Counted from the stretch's first letter, positions 48,868 through 61,621 are shown. The stretch is DNA of 64,000 nt from an uncultured Gemmatimonadaceae bacterium (GCA_963829055.1 CAWHHI010000004.1:64001-128000), one strand, 5' to 3'. A program made the numbers and translations. Notes: generated from the sequence alone by a model not told the origin.

Positions 48868-50712
48868 ATGGCTGACGCCGTCCCCGTTGCACCTTCGCTC
48901 GAGCCCGTGCTGGAGGCCGTTCGGGCGCCTCGCGTCGACGACGCTCCCAATCGCCGCACCCTTCGCATCAGCGCGCTGGCCATCGTGGCCGCGTTCCTCG
49001 CCGGCTTCGCGGCGCAACTGCTCACTCGACTCATCGGCCTCATCACGAACGTCGCGTTCTATGGGCGCTGGTCGCCGTCGTTCGTGTCGCCGGCGGGGAA
49101 TACGTTAGGCCGCGGCGTGATCATTGTCCCGATCATCGGTGCGCTCCTGGTCGGACTGATCGCCCGGTACGGTTCCGCGGCAATCCGCGGCCACGGCATT
49201 CCCGAGGCGATGGAGCAGGTGCTGCTCAACGAGAGCCGCATTTCGCCAACGGTAATGCTGCTCAAGCCGCTGTCGGCGGCGATCTCGATTGGCACCGGCG
49301 GTCCGTTCGGCGCCGAGGGCCCGATCATCGCCACCGGCGGCGCGTTAGGCTCCGTGATCGGACAGCTCTTCCACATCACGGCCGACGAGCGCAAGGTACT
49401 GCTGGCGGCCGGTGCTGCCGCCGGCATGGCGGCTACGTTCGGCAGTCCCGTCGCCGCCGTGCTGCTGGCCGTCGAGCTGCTCCTCTTCGAGTACCGTCCA
49501 CGCTCACTCATTCCGGTGTCGCTCGCCGCGGCGACCGCGACGGGCGTGCGCATCGCGTTCGTCGGCGCGGCGCCGGTGTTCCCGATGCCCAACATTGCGC
49601 CGCCGAGTGGCGAAGCGCTGGCTACGTACATCGTCCTGGGCGCGGCCGTCGGTGTCATCGCCATTCTCGTCACGCGCGGGCTGTACGCGGTCGAGGACGC
49701 GTTCGAGCATCTCCCCATCCACTGGATGTGGTGGCCTGCGTTGGGCGCCGTCGTCGTTGGCGTGGTCGGCTATTTCGCGCCGCGGACGCTCGGCGTCGGC
49801 TACGAGAACATTGAGCAGATGGTCACGGGGTCGATCGCGGGACGCGCACTCGCCGTGCTCGTGACGCTCAAGCTGGTGTCGTGGATCGTCGCGTTAGGAA
49901 GCGGGACATCGGGTGGGACACTGGCGCCGCTGTTCACGATCGGTGGTGGGGCGGGCGCGCTTGCGGGCGGCTTCCTCGCGCAGACATTTCCCTCGCTCGG
50001 CGTCGACCCGCGCATTGCGGCGCTCGTGGGGATGGCAGCAATCTTCGCCGGGGCATCACACGCGGTCCTCGCGTCGGTCGTCTTCGCCTTCGAGACGACG
50101 CGGCAGCCGCTCGGGCTCCTGCCGCTGCTCGCCGGTTGCAGCGCTGCGTATCTGGTCTCACTCCTCGGGATGCGGCACTCGATCATGACGGAGAAGCTCG
50201 CACGACGGGGGACCCGGATTCGCTCGGAGTACGCGGCCGACTTTCTCGAGCAGGTACTCGTGAGCGAGATCGCGTCCACGGACGTCGTCTCACTTTCGGC
50301 CAATGAAGCCGTCGAGGAAGTCCGTGATCGCATCGCGGCACGCACGCCGGGCTCGCAGCATCAGGGGTTCCCCGTCGTGAACGGCCGTGGTGAGCTTGTC
50401 GGAGTCGTGACGCGCCGCGATCTGCTGGATCTCGATACGGAAGTGACAACGACGGTGGGCGAGCTCGTATCACGAGCGCCCGTGGTGATCTACGATGACA
50501 GCTCGGCTCGCGAGGCCGCGGATCACATGGTACACGAACACGTCGGTCGCCTCCCGGTTGTGTCGAGGTCAGCGCCACGGCGCGTCATCGGGATGATATC
50601 GCGAAGCGATCTGCTGGAAGCACACGAACGGCGCCTTCACGCGCATCACCGTGTCGAGCGCACCATTGATTTGCGGACATCACTCGGCTGGGCGCGCCCG
50701 ACCGAGCGTTGA
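48868..50712 (+). CDS. CLC chloride channel family protein with CBS pair
   Basis: GHGIPE, GAEGP, GTSGGTLAP, CBS domains. Confidence 0.92.
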   Translation: MADAVPVAPSLEPVLEAVRAPRVDDAPNRRTLRISALAIVAAFLAGFAAQLLTRLIGLITNVAFYGRWSPSFVSPAGNTLGRGVIIVPIIGALLVGLIARYGSAAIRGHGIPEAMEQVLLNESRISPTVMLLKPLSAAISIGTGGPFGAEGPIIATGGALGSVIGQLFHITADERKVLLAAGAAAGMAATFGSPVAAVLLAVELLLFEYRPRSLIPVSLAAATATGVRIAFVGAAPVFPMPNIAPPSGEALATYIVLGAAVGVIAILVTRGLYAVEDAFEHLPIHWMWWPALGAVVVGVVGYFAPRTLGVGYENIEQMVTGSIAGRALAVLVTLKLVSWIVALGSGTSGGTLAPLFTIGGGAGALAGGFLAQTFPSLGVDPRIAALVGMAAIFAGASHAVLASVVFAFETTRQPLGLLPLLAGCSAAYLVSLLGMRHSIMTEKLARRGTRIRSEYAADFLEQVLVSEIASTDVVSLSANEAVEEVRDRIAARTPGSQHQGFPVVNGRGELVGVVTRRDLLDLDTEVTTTVGELVSRAPVVIYDDSSAREAADHMVHEHVGRLPVVSRSAPRRVIGMISRSDLLEAHERRLHAHHRVERTIDLRTSLGWARPTER

Positions 50713-52007
50713 GCGAGCCTAACGTCGGATCCCGATCGGCTGGCACACGACACGTCGGGCGAGTCGCCGCCGCGCTGGTTGCTGGGCTCATCGTCGGTAT
50801 CGTCGTCGCGCGCGCCGGTGTTCCGTGGCTGTCCCGCGCCGTCGCCATGCTCGAGCCCATCGGCGCGATCTGGGTGAACGGCATTCGGATGACCGTGGTG
50901 CCGCTCGTGGTGTCGCTATTGCTCGGCGCCGTCGCGCGTGGCGGTGAATCCGCGCGCGTGGGTCGGATCGGCGGCCTGTCGTTCGCCGTCTTCGTCGGGC
51001 TGCACCTGTGCGCGGCCGTGCTCGCGCTGGCGGTCGTTCCGGCCATCATGTCCAGACTGCCGGTCGACCCCGCGAGCGTCGCACGGTTGCAGGCCGACGC
51101 TGCCGCGGCGAGCGCCGCGACCACGGAGCAGGTGCGCACGCTGCCCAACTTCGGGCAGTGGCTGGCGAGCCTGGCGCCGGCGAACGTCGTGCGCGCGGCG
51201 GCCGACGGCGCGATGCTGCCGCTCATCGTGTTCACGCTGTTGTTCGCACTGGCGCTCCGTCGCATCACGCCCGAGCGCCGAGACAACGTGCTTCGCGTGT
51301 TCGATGGCATCGGCGCGGCGATGCTCGAGATCGTGCGCTGGCTCATCGCGCTCGCGCCGATCGGCATCTTCACGCTCGTCACGCCGACCGCCGCGCGGCT
51401 CGGACTCTCGCTGGCCGGCGCGCTCGGGTACTACGTCGTGGCGTACGTGTCGGTGATGATCCTGCTGGCGGTGCTGTTCTGCATCGCCGGTTCGTTAGGC
51501 GGTCGCGTGTCGCTGCCGCGCTTTCTGCGCGCGGCGCTCCCGGCACAGGCGGTCGCGTTCAGCTCGAGCTCCTCGCTGGCATCGTTGCCCGCGCTCATCG
51601 ACTCCGCCGATCGACTTGATATTCCGCAGCCGCTCGCCGGTTTCGTGTTGCCGCTCGCGGTATCGTCCTTCAAGGTCGTGATCGGCGGATCGTGGCTCGT
51701 CGGGACGATGTTCCTCGCGCGGCTGTACGGCGTGCCACTGGGCGCTGCCGATTACTTCACGATCGTCGCAGCTGGCATGGCATTGAGCTTCGCGACGCCC
51801 GGCGTGCCTAACGGGGCATTCCTGCTGCTCGCGCCACTGCTGGCGAGCCTCGGCCTGCCGCCGGCGGGCGTCGCGCTGCTGATCGCGGTGGACGCTATCC
51901 CCGATCTGTTCGCGACGGCCTCGAACGTGACCGGCGATTTCGCGGCGGTAGCCATCGTGCGACGCCTGGTCACGACGACGCGGTTGGGCGCGACCACTTC
52001 ACCGTAA
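50709..52007 (+). CDS. Dicarboxylate/amino acid:cation symporter (DAACS)
   Basis: MTVVPLV, AFSSSSSLASLP, PGVP, NVTGD. Confidence 0.9.
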   Translation: MSEPNVGSRSAGTRHVGRVAAALVAGLIVGIVVARAGVPWLSRAVAMLEPIGAIWVNGIRMTVVPLVVSLLLGAVARGGESARVGRIGGLSFAVFVGLHLCAAVLALAVVPAIMSRLPVDPASVARLQADAAAASAATTEQVRTLPNFGQWLASLAPANVVRAAADGAMLPLIVFTLLFALALRRITPERRDNVLRVFDGIGAAMLEIVRWLIALAPIGIFTLVTPTAARLGLSLAGALGYYVVAYVSVMILLAVLFCIAGSLGGRVSLPRFLRAALPAQAVAFSSSSSLASLPALIDSADRLDIPQPLAGFVLPLAVSSFKVVIGGSWLVGTMFLARLYGVPLGAADYFTIVAAGMALSFATPGVPNGAFLLLAPLLASLGLPPAGVALLIAVDAIPDLFATASNVTGDFAAVAIVRRLVTTTRLGATTSP

Positions 52008-52034
52008 GACTCCACAGACTCCACGTAGAGGCGA

Positions 52035-52466
52035 ATGCGAATCGGTATCGGGTCGGACCATGCGGGCTTCGAGTACAAGCAGATGCTGATCACGGTGCTC
52101 CGGGAGCGGGGGCACGAGGTCGTCGACTTCGGCACGGATTCTCCGGCGTCGGTCGACTACCCGGTGTACATCCGTCCGGTGGCGCTGGCGGTGGCGTCCG
52201 GCGACTGCGAGCGCGGCATCGTGCTCGGTGGCTCGGGCAACGGGGAAGCGATCGTCGCGAACCGCGTGAAGGGCGTGCGCTGCGCGCTGTGCTGGAACGT
52301 CGAGTCGGCGCGACTGGGCCGGCTGCATAACGATGCGAACGTGATCTCGATCGGCGAGCGGATGGTCTCGCGCGAGGTTGCGGTCGCGATCGTGGACACG
52401 TGGCTGACGACCCCTTTCGAGGGTGGCCGCCACGTGCGTCGGATTCAGATGATCGACGATATCTGA
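52035..52466 (+). CDS. rpiB: Ribose 5-phosphate isomerase B
   Basis: GSDHAG, DYP, GGSGNG, HNDAN, FEGGRH. Confidence 0.93.
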   Translation: MRIGIGSDHAGFEYKQMLITVLRERGHEVVDFGTDSPASVDYPVYIRPVALAVASGDCERGIVLGGSGNGEAIVANRVKGVRCALCWNVESARLGRLHNDANVISIGERMVSREVAVAIVDTWLTTPFEGGRHVRRIQMIDDI

Positions 52467-52488
52467 GGGCTGCCTACTGCTGGCCGCG

Positions 52489-52527
52489 TGTCATCCCGAG
52501 CGCTCGGCGAGGGACCTTCTCGAAGGT
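52489..52527. repeat. Partial GTCATCCCGAG element (left half)
   Basis: TGTCATCCCGAGCG..CGAGGGACCTT without right TIR. Confidence 0.7.
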
Positions 52528-52571
52528 TTTAGTGGGTTGTGCCCTTCATGGAACACGGTTGGGTCGCTAGA

Positions 52572-52834
52572 TCCAACAGCGACGCAGAATACGCAGGCGG
52601 CCGCTCCGCGGCCGCAACGCAGACGGACGCAGAAAACGGCCGCTCGGGACACCGGCGGTGCGCCGAGCCTGTGAGAAAGGGGAACGACCCGGGCGGGCCA
52701 ATGCGTCCCGAGGCAGGTCCCCCTTGTTCACGGCCCCAGTGAAACGCGGCCTGCCTCCTCGCGGCGTTGCAGTTTTCTGCGGCCTTCTGCGTTGCGCGCG
52801 TCAGCGCGCCTGCGAATTCTGCGTCGCTGTTGGA
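52572..52834. mobile_element. MITE-like element with TCCAACAGCGACGCAGAA ends, copy 1
   Basis: Terminal inverted repeats, ACGCAGA-type subrepeats; second copy at 61067. Confidence 0.65.
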
Positions 52835-52860
52835 ATTGCGCGGCAAGACGTACTGACGCC

Positions 52861-53445
52861 TCAGCCAGCCAGTCGCTTGTACCAGAGGAGCTGCGTCTCC
52901 GTTGGGAGGCTCGGGTACGCGAACGGGTCCACCGATCGCAGCACGAAGCCGTTTCGCTCGTAGAACCGACACGCTGGCGCGTTGATGTTCTGCGTTTCGA
53001 CCTCGAGCCACCGAGCGTCGCGCGACTGAGCCCATGCCTCCGCCGCCCCCAGCAGCGCCCGGCCGACTCCGCGACCGCGGCTCGACGGCGCAACGCGAAT
53101 GTCCCAGAGCAGCGCGACGTCGGCGCGGCCGCCGAGCATGTCCACGTCAGGCGCGCGGAAGACCACGACGGCTCCGCCTACTCGCTCGCCGTTCACCCGA
53201 GCGCCGAAGAACGTCCAGAACGTGAGATCGAATTGCGATGCCCACGCCAGCGGCCCGTTGTCCACCGTGTCGTAGTCCTTCACCCACGGCACCGCCACCG
53301 GCCGTGGCGTGAGTCTGAACCGATCCGGACGCCCCGGCTCGACGCCAACGTCCAGAACTTCCCGCACCTGGAACGCGATGGGGATGCGCGCATACTCCCG
53401 CAGCACCGACGCGTTTTCCTCGACGATCTCGATCGACTCACTCAT
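52861..53445 (-). CDS. GNAT family N-acetyltransferase
   Basis: RGRGVGRALL, ETQNINAPACRFYERNGF. Confidence 0.88.
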   Translation of the reverse strand: MSESIEIVEENASVLREYARIPIAFQVREVLDVGVEPGRPDRFRLTPRPVAVPWVKDYDTVDNGPLAWASQFDLTFWTFFGARVNGERVGGAVVVFRAPDVDMLGGRADVALLWDIRVAPSSRGRGVGRALLGAAEAWAQSRDARWLEVETQNINAPACRFYERNGFVLRSVDPFAYPSLPTETQLLWYKRLAG

Positions 53446-53474
53446 ACGCGCTGCCCGCTTCCCTGCGCTCAACG

Positions 53475-54464
53475 TTAGGCGCGCCCTGGCCGCCGCACCG
53501 GGGCAGCCAGCGCCCGGATCGCGTCCACGACTGCCGCCCACGCCGTCGACTGGGGCGCCACGAGATCGAAGTGCCCGGCGCCCGGAACCTCGACGACGGT
53601 AATCGACTCACCGGCTCGTTTCGACCGGGCCGCCAATTCGCGACTCTGCGCCGGGGGCACGATTGGATCCGCCGCTCCGTGGACGATCCTCACCGGCACG
53701 CCGATCGGCAATCGCTCGACGGGACTCACCGCCCGGTAGCGTTCGGCGACTTCCGTCGCCGTGCCGCCTAACAACGGTGTCACCGCCGAGTTGCAGCTGC
53801 CGGTCCCGGCACCGTAGGCCGCCATGTCGGTGATGCCCGCAAGACTCACGACGCCCGCCACGTGCAGCGGCGCTCGCGTCGGAACCGCGCCGCTCCCGGG
53901 CCCACCTTCCGTGCGCGGCGCGCCGACCGCCGCGTCACCCGCTCGACGCGACGCAGCCCAGAGCGCGAGCTGGCCGCCAGCGGAATGGCCGGCGAGCACG
54001 ACGCGCGTGGTGTCGAGCGTCGGATAGCGAACCGCGAGCTCGCGTACGTGATCGACCGCCGCGCCGACATCCTCGAACGTTCCCGGCCATCCGCCGCCAC
54101 TGTCACCAACGCGCCGGTACTCGGGCACCCACACGGCGTAGCCGGCACTCGCCAGAGCCGCCGCGGCCGCTGCCACGTGCGTCAGATCGTACGCGGCACG
54201 CCAGCATCCGCCGTGAAAGAACACGACGACCGGCACGCGTCCCGTCGTGCCCCGCGGTAGCCGCAGCTCACCGAACTGCCGCGGATCCGAGCCGTACGAC
54301 TCGCGATGGTCCGCCGCTGGAGCCGGCGCGGCGGCGACTTCGGCGAACGAGATCATGGTGCGACCAACCGAGGTGGTGGAACCGGCGGCGGAGTTGGTGC
54401 GCGACGGACGCGGTGCCGCGCAGCCGAGGACGCAGCAGACCGCGAGACTGAATGGATCAGGCAC
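53475..54464 (-). CDS. Alpha/beta hydrolase (esterase/lipase)
   Basis: HGGCW, GHSAGG, HGAAD, GHF; start uncertain. Confidence 0.85.
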   Translation of the reverse strand: MPDPFSLAVCCVLGCAAPRPSRTNSAAGSTTSVGRTMISFAEVAAAPAPAADHRESYGSDPRQFGELRLPRGTTGRVPVVVFFHGGCWRAAYDLTHVAAAAAALASAGYAVWVPEYRRVGDSGGGWPGTFEDVGAAVDHVRELAVRYPTLDTTRVVLAGHSAGGQLALWAASRRAGDAAVGAPRTEGGPGSGAVPTRAPLHVAGVVSLAGITDMAAYGAGTGSCNSAVTPLLGGTATEVAERYRAVSPVERLPIGVPVRIVHGAADPIVPPAQSRELAARSKRAGESITVVEVPGAGHFDLVAPQSTAWAAVVDAIRALAAPVRRPGRA

Positions 54465-54486
54465 ATGATGGATGAGTGGACCAAAG

Positions 54487-55020
54487 CTACGACCGCGCGC
54501 TTCCAGCCGCACCCGGCTCGTCACCAAGGATCATCTCGAAGTACACGAGCGGATTCCCGCGGTACGACACGCGTCCCCGCTCCTGGAATCCGCACCGTGC
54601 GTAGAATCCACCCGCACCCGCATCGGCATCGTAGGCGTCGAGCCGAATCGCATCCGCCGGCCATTCTCGCGCGAGGACGATCATCTTCTCCACGCAACGC
54701 CGCCCAATGCCCTCACCTTGAAGGTCCGGGCGAACGGCCATATCCGTCAGATACAGCGGACGCGCACTCGGCGAGAAATACGACACGTCGATCGCCCACG
54801 GCTTTCGTGTCGCGAGGCGGAACGTGGCGGCCGGCTCGCGCCCGCGCAGCGCGAGCCACACCTGCGAGATGCGGAGGTCGTTCAGGACACCGCGTTCTGT
54901 TCCTTCGATGGACCAGTGGCCGCGGCCAAATCGCGCGGTGAGATCCCGCGCCGTCGCGACGCGAAGCCCCAGGACCGCCGCCGCATCGGCGCCCTCCGCT
55001 CTCCGGAACGTCAGGCGCAT
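54487..55020 (-). CDS. GNAT family N-acetyltransferase
   Basis: MAVRPDLQGEGIG, FYARCGF. Confidence 0.85.
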   Translation of the reverse strand: MRLTFRRAEGADAAAVLGLRVATARDLTARFGRGHWSIEGTERGVLNDLRISQVWLALRGREPAATFRLATRKPWAIDVSYFSPSARPLYLTDMAVRPDLQGEGIGRRCVEKMIVLAREWPADAIRLDAYDADAGAGGFYARCGFQERGRVSYRGNPLVYFEMILGDEPGAAGSARS

Positions 55021-55058
55021 GCACCCGTCATTCGCACGTCGATCACGTTCGAGGACTG

Positions 55059-57152
<2,094 letters not shown>

Positions 57153-57237
57153 CCGACAAACTTACTGGCTGCGCACGATGGGCATGAACCAGAAGACCGC
57201 GACGAAACCGACCTCGTCGTGATGCCAACGCGGGCAC

Positions 57238-57773
57238 TCATGGTGGGCCGGCGAGCGCCGCGACGAGGGATGCCCGGAGCGTCCCCTTGCTGGCGAAGTC
57301 CCACTGACCGCCGTACTCGATGTCGTCGATGACGTATCGACCGGCCTGCTGCGTCAGCACCACGTGATCGATCCACGTGACCGCGGGGTTCGCATCCGTG
57401 CTCGTCATGCGCACGGTGGCGACCCGCAGCGGTCCGCGCGCGGAATCCGGGAGCACCGCGACGGCGTTAGGCCCCTCGAACAAGCTCGAAAACAGATCAC
57501 CCTCGGCGAACGATGGCTTCGCGTCGGGTGCACGGGCGACGTCCGCTTCGCTGCGCTTCCGCGCGGCCGCCAGCAGCACGCGGAGCGTGTCGCTCAGGTA
57601 GGGCGCGATCGTCGCGAGCTGCTCCGCGGTAGGCGCACCGGACATGTGGCCGGTGATCGTCGCGGTATAGAACTCCTGTACGACCGTCGACGCATCGGCG
57701 CGAGGCGCCGACGTGCAGCCACCGAGAGCGAACAGGGCCGGTATCAGGGCAGCAGGCGGAATGTGGTGCGCAC
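57238..57773 (-). CDS. YbjP/DUF3828-like lipoprotein (frameshift near start)
   Basis: Lipobox LGGC; EGDLFSSLFEG; YVIDDIEY. Confidence 0.65.
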
Positions 57774-57845
57774 GAGCAATCTCCGGTCGGACGGTGGCGG
57801 AGAATCTCGCCTCCAGACCGACCGGAAAACAGGAGGCCGCTTGCC

Positions 57846-60560
57846 TTACTCCGCGCGTAGTGCGACCAGCGGATCGGCCTGTACTGCGCGACGGGCCGGG
57901 ACCAGGCTCGCGATGGTCGCGACGGTCAGCAGCAGACCAATCACCGTCGCGAACACGATCGGGTCCTTGGGCGAGGTCTGATAGAGCATCGGCGCGACGA
58001 GGCGGCCGCTGACCAGTGCGACGATCGTCCCGCCGGCGACGCCGAGCGCCGCGATGCGGAGGCCCTGCGTGAGGACGAGGCGGCGAATGTCCGCGGCCTG
58101 GGCACCTAACGCCACGCGGACACCCATCTCGTGCATCCGCTGCGCGACCGTGTACGCGACGACGCTGTACAGTCCGAGCGACGACAGCACGAGCGCGATG
58201 ACTCCGAACGCGGCGAACATCGTGGCCCCGAGCTCCCACGGACGCATCTCGTCATCGAGGGAAGCCCGCATGGGACGAACGTTGGCGAACGGTACTCCGG
58301 CCACCGTCGTCTGCATGACGCGGCGCACGGGCTCCACCAGCGCGTCCGGCTTGCTGCCGGTGGGGCGAACGATGAGCACTCGGGCGCGTGCGGTGGACGT
58401 GACGTGCGCGAGCGGCACATAGAGCTGCAGCGGATCCTTGTCCTGCACGATGTTACTCCGATGCGTATTCCGCGCGACGCCCACGATCTCGGCGCAGGGG
58501 TCGGTCTTCTTGCCAATGCGAATGCATCGTCCGACGGCCGATTCTCCGGGCCAGAGCCAACGCGCGATGGCCTCGTTCACGATCACCACCGGCGCTGCGC
58601 CGGTGTTCGCATCGGCGTCGCCGAACGCGCGGCCGGCCACGATCCGCGTCCCAACAGTAGAGAAGTAGTTGGGTTGCACGAACGATTCATTCGGAGACGC
58701 ATCCTGCCTGGGAAGCGAATCGCGGCCCGGGACCGAGATATCGGTGCCCATCGACCATTCGCCGAACGGGCTGGCGTCGGCCACAGTCGCCGCTGCCACT
58801 CCGGGCAACTTAGCGGCGGCGTCGCGCACGCGATCGAAGTACTCATCGGCTGCGGTACTATCGATTCCAACCGAGCGCAGGTCGATCGTCGCGATAACGA
58901 GTCGGTTCACGTCCACGCCGAGCTTCACGCTGTGCACGTTGCGGAGACTGCGAACAAACAGACCTGTACCAATGAGCAGGATCACCGAGACGGCCGCCTG
59001 AACGAGCAGTAACGCCGCCCGCGTACGTGAGCGGCTCAGCCCAGAGCCGCGAGTGCCCTCCCTGAGTGTCCGCGCCAGATGCGGGTCGCTGCCCTGCAGT
59101 GCGGGGACCAGGCCCGTGACCAGCCCGACGGCGATCGTCGCGAGTGCGGTGAACGCGAGCACGCGGCCGTTGATCGGTGCGTCAGGCCATGCGAAATCGC
59201 CAAGCAGCACGTTTTGGACGAGCGCGCTCCCCCAGTGCACCAGCGCCAGCGCCGCGAGGCCGCCGGCAACGGCGAGCATGACGGACTCGGTGACGAGCTG
59301 ACGCACCAGGCGCGCGCGCGAGATTCCTAACGCGAGCCGCACCGCGATCTCCCGGCGTCGACTGAACGCGCGAACGAGCAGCAGGTTGGCGACGTTCGCG
59401 CAGGCGATGAGCAGCACGAGGACCGAGACGCCCCCGAGCAGTGCGGCAACGCGGCGCTCCGGCGAAAGCTTCTTCTGGCGGGCCGGCAGCACGGAGACGA
59501 CCTGGCCGTGCGCCGTCGAGTCGTCCTTGGCGCGGCCTGCGAGCTCCCCCGCCCGATACGTCGACGTGATCTGCGCCTCGAGCGCGGAGGCACTCGTACC
59601 TGGCTTCACGCGCCCAATCACGGTCAGCCACGTGCTCGTGCGGTCCGTCGCCCAATTCGATCCCGCGAAGCGGAGTCCTTCCGCCGCGGTGACCGGAACC
59701 CAGACATCGACTGGCTCGCTGCCCGTTCCGACGAAGCCTTTACGTGCCACGCCGACTATCGTGTACCGACGCTTCGCCAGCGCGATGGTCTTTCCGATGG
59801 CGTCGCGGCTTCCCCCGAACTCCCTCTGCCAGAGGCCGTAACCGATCACGGCCACCGGAGAGCCATCCGGTGGAATATCGTCGGTTGGCTGGATCAGCCT
59901 GCCTAACGCCGCACTCGTGCCCAGCGTGCCGAAGTAGGTCCCGCTGATGATCACGCCGTTGATCTTTCGTGCCTCTGGCCCGAGCCCGAGCGAGATGGGG
60001 CTGGGGTACGTCTGCATGGCGATGCTGGTGAAGCCGGAGATCCGGTCGCGGAAGTCCGCATACACCGGGTACGAGAAACCGCTCGACGTGAATTCCTCGC
60101 CTTGCCATTTGCGTCGCAGTTCGAGGCGCAGGAGCTCTTCAGGGGCTCGTACATGTGCCGGCGGTCGGAGCAGCAGGCGATCGATGATGCCGAACATCGT
60201 CGCGTTCGCTCCGATACCCAGGGCGAATGTCGCAATGACCGCGACGGCGACCCCGGGGGCGCGCATGGTCTGGCGTAGCGCGTAGGACATGTCGTGTCGC
60301 AGAGCGTCGAGCTTGTCGGACATCGTCAGGATCTCCTCTCGGCGACGTGCCGCGTCGTGCAGGCTTCGGCGCATTTCGGGGAAGCGGCCGAACAGGCGCC
60401 GCGCTTCGGCAGTCGCGGCATCGCGACCCCACCCGCGTGCGACGAGTTGGGCGATACGCATGTCGATGTGGAAGCGGATCTCGTCGTCCATTTCGGCTAC
60501 CGCTCGCTCGGGGCGGCGGACGGCCAGTCGGAACAGGCGGCGAACGCGCGGACGAAGCAT
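57846..60560 (-). CDS. ADOP family duplicated MacB/FtsX ABC permease
   Basis: EMDDEIRFH, ALGIGANAT, LLIACANVANLLL, EIAVRLALG, PARRA. Confidence 0.92.
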   Translation of the reverse strand: MLRPRVRRLFRLAVRRPERAVAEMDDEIRFHIDMRIAQLVARGWGRDAATAEARRLFGRFPEMRRSLHDAARRREEILTMSDKLDALRHDMSYALRQTMRAPGVAVAVIATFALGIGANATMFGIIDRLLLRPPAHVRAPEELLRLELRRKWQGEEFTSSGFSYPVYADFRDRISGFTSIAMQTYPSPISLGLGPEARKINGVIISGTYFGTLGTSAALGRLIQPTDDIPPDGSPVAVIGYGLWQREFGGSRDAIGKTIALAKRRYTIVGVARKGFVGTGSEPVDVWVPVTAAEGLRFAGSNWATDRTSTWLTVIGRVKPGTSASALEAQITSTYRAGELAGRAKDDSTAHGQVVSVLPARQKKLSPERRVAALLGGVSVLVLLIACANVANLLLVRAFSRRREIAVRLALGISRARLVRQLVTESVMLAVAGGLAALALVHWGSALVQNVLLGDFAWPDAPINGRVLAFTALATIAVGLVTGLVPALQGSDPHLARTLREGTRGSGLSRSRTRAALLLVQAAVSVILLIGTGLFVRSLRNVHSVKLGVDVNRLVIATIDLRSVGIDSTAADEYFDRVRDAAAKLPGVAAATVADASPFGEWSMGTDISVPGRDSLPRQDASPNESFVQPNYFSTVGTRIVAGRAFGDADANTGAAPVVIVNEAIARWLWPGESAVGRCIRIGKKTDPCAEIVGVARNTHRSNIVQDKDPLQLYVPLAHVTSTARARVLIVRPTGSKPDALVEPVRRVMQTTVAGVPFANVRPMRASLDDEMRPWELGATMFAAFGVIALVLSSLGLYSVVAYTVAQRMHEMGVRVALGAQAADIRRLVLTQGLRIAALGVAGGTIVALVSGRLVAPMLYQTSPKDPIVFATVIGLLLTVATIASLVPARRAVQADPLVALRAE

Positions 60561-60573
60561 CGGTGCGATCGCG

Positions 60574-60906
60574 TTAGGCCGAGCGGGTCGTGAGAATGCC
60601 GGTGACCGCGGAGGCGTACTCGAGCCAGCGCGCCGTCTCGGCCCTGAGGTAGGCGCGTCCGGTGGCCGTGAGCTTGTAGTAGCGCGCGCGACGCCCGTTC
60701 TCGGTCTCGCCCCACTCGGCCTCGATGGACCCGCGCTCCTCGAGTCGCACCAGCGCGTGGTAGAGCGCTCCGTCCTCGACGCCGAGTGTGCCGGCCGAGC
60801 GCTCTTCGAGCCACGTCGTGATCTCGAACCCGTGCATAGGCCCCCAATTGAGGGCGCGCAGGACCAGTACGTCGAGCGTTCCGCGAACGAGCGGCATTCG
60901 TTGCAT
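60574..60906 (-). CDS. PadR family transcriptional regulator
   Basis: GTLDVLVL, HGFEI, ETENGRRARYY. Confidence 0.93.
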   Translation of the reverse strand: MQRMPLVRGTLDVLVLRALNWGPMHGFEITTWLEERSAGTLGVEDGALYHALVRLEERGSIEAEWGETENGRRARYYKLTATGRAYLRAETARWLEYASAVTGILTTRSA

Positions 60907-60912
60907 GTCGAT

Positions 60913-60973
60913 CCCCCAGTCTCTATCCCCAGCTTCTGGGGGGAAGCTGCCGATGCGACCACTGTCTTGTCAA
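60913..60973 (-). promoter_or_regulatory. Promoter/operator of second padR
   Basis: TTGACA on minus strand at 60968-60973; CCCCCAG...CTGGGGG inverted repeat. Confidence 0.5.
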
Positions 60974-61066
60974 GCATCCGGAAGGTGGATGGCGGCCGCA
61001 GGCCAGAGGAGGGAGGCCGGTGGCAGTACTGAGTCTCCTACCGGCAAGCGCGGCCGGTCACGCCAT

Positions 61067-61574
61067 TCCAACAGCGACGCAGAATTCGCAGGGCGCTGGG
61101 AGCGCGACGCAGACGGCCGCAGAAGAACTGCAGCTGCTATCACCGCGGGCGAACGCGGTGGACGCCGAGGACTGCTTCAGCAACCATCCAGAACCGAGGG
61201 TGTGAACGGAAACGGCCGGAAACAGCGGATCGAGCGGATGGGCCAGATGCCGGGAGAGTCGGTGCCGCAACGAGCCGTGATGAAAGGGGAACAACGGCCT
61301 CGTGGGGCCAATGCAGCGCGAGACCGTTCCACTCTTGAGACGAACCGCCTTCCACGCTCTGTCGGGGTCGCGATCGGATCGGGCCGTTTCAGTTGTTTCC
61401 GGCTTCTTCTCAAAAAACCTTCGCTCCGGATGGCGTGTCGAAGCGGTTCGTCCGGATGGTTGCCGGATCAGCCCTCCGCGCTGAAGAGCAGTTTCCGTGG
61501 CCGTTGCGGTTTCTGCGTCCCTCTGCGTTGCGGCCGCGAAGCGGCCGCCTGCGTCCTTCTGCGTCGCTGTTGGA
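61067..61574. mobile_element. MITE-like element with TCCAACAGCGACGCAGAA ends, copy 2 (longer)
   Basis: Same TIRs and shared core as 52572-52834. Confidence 0.65.
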
Positions 61575-61621
61575 CCTGCGCACAGGCCATGCTCCAGGGC
61601 ACAAGTCCAGCTACAGGGTTC

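Noticed and set aside
375..52527. CRISPR array from the GTCATCCCGAG repeats
   Set aside because: Copies are dispersed inverted pairs, not regularly spaced direct repeats; no cas genes.
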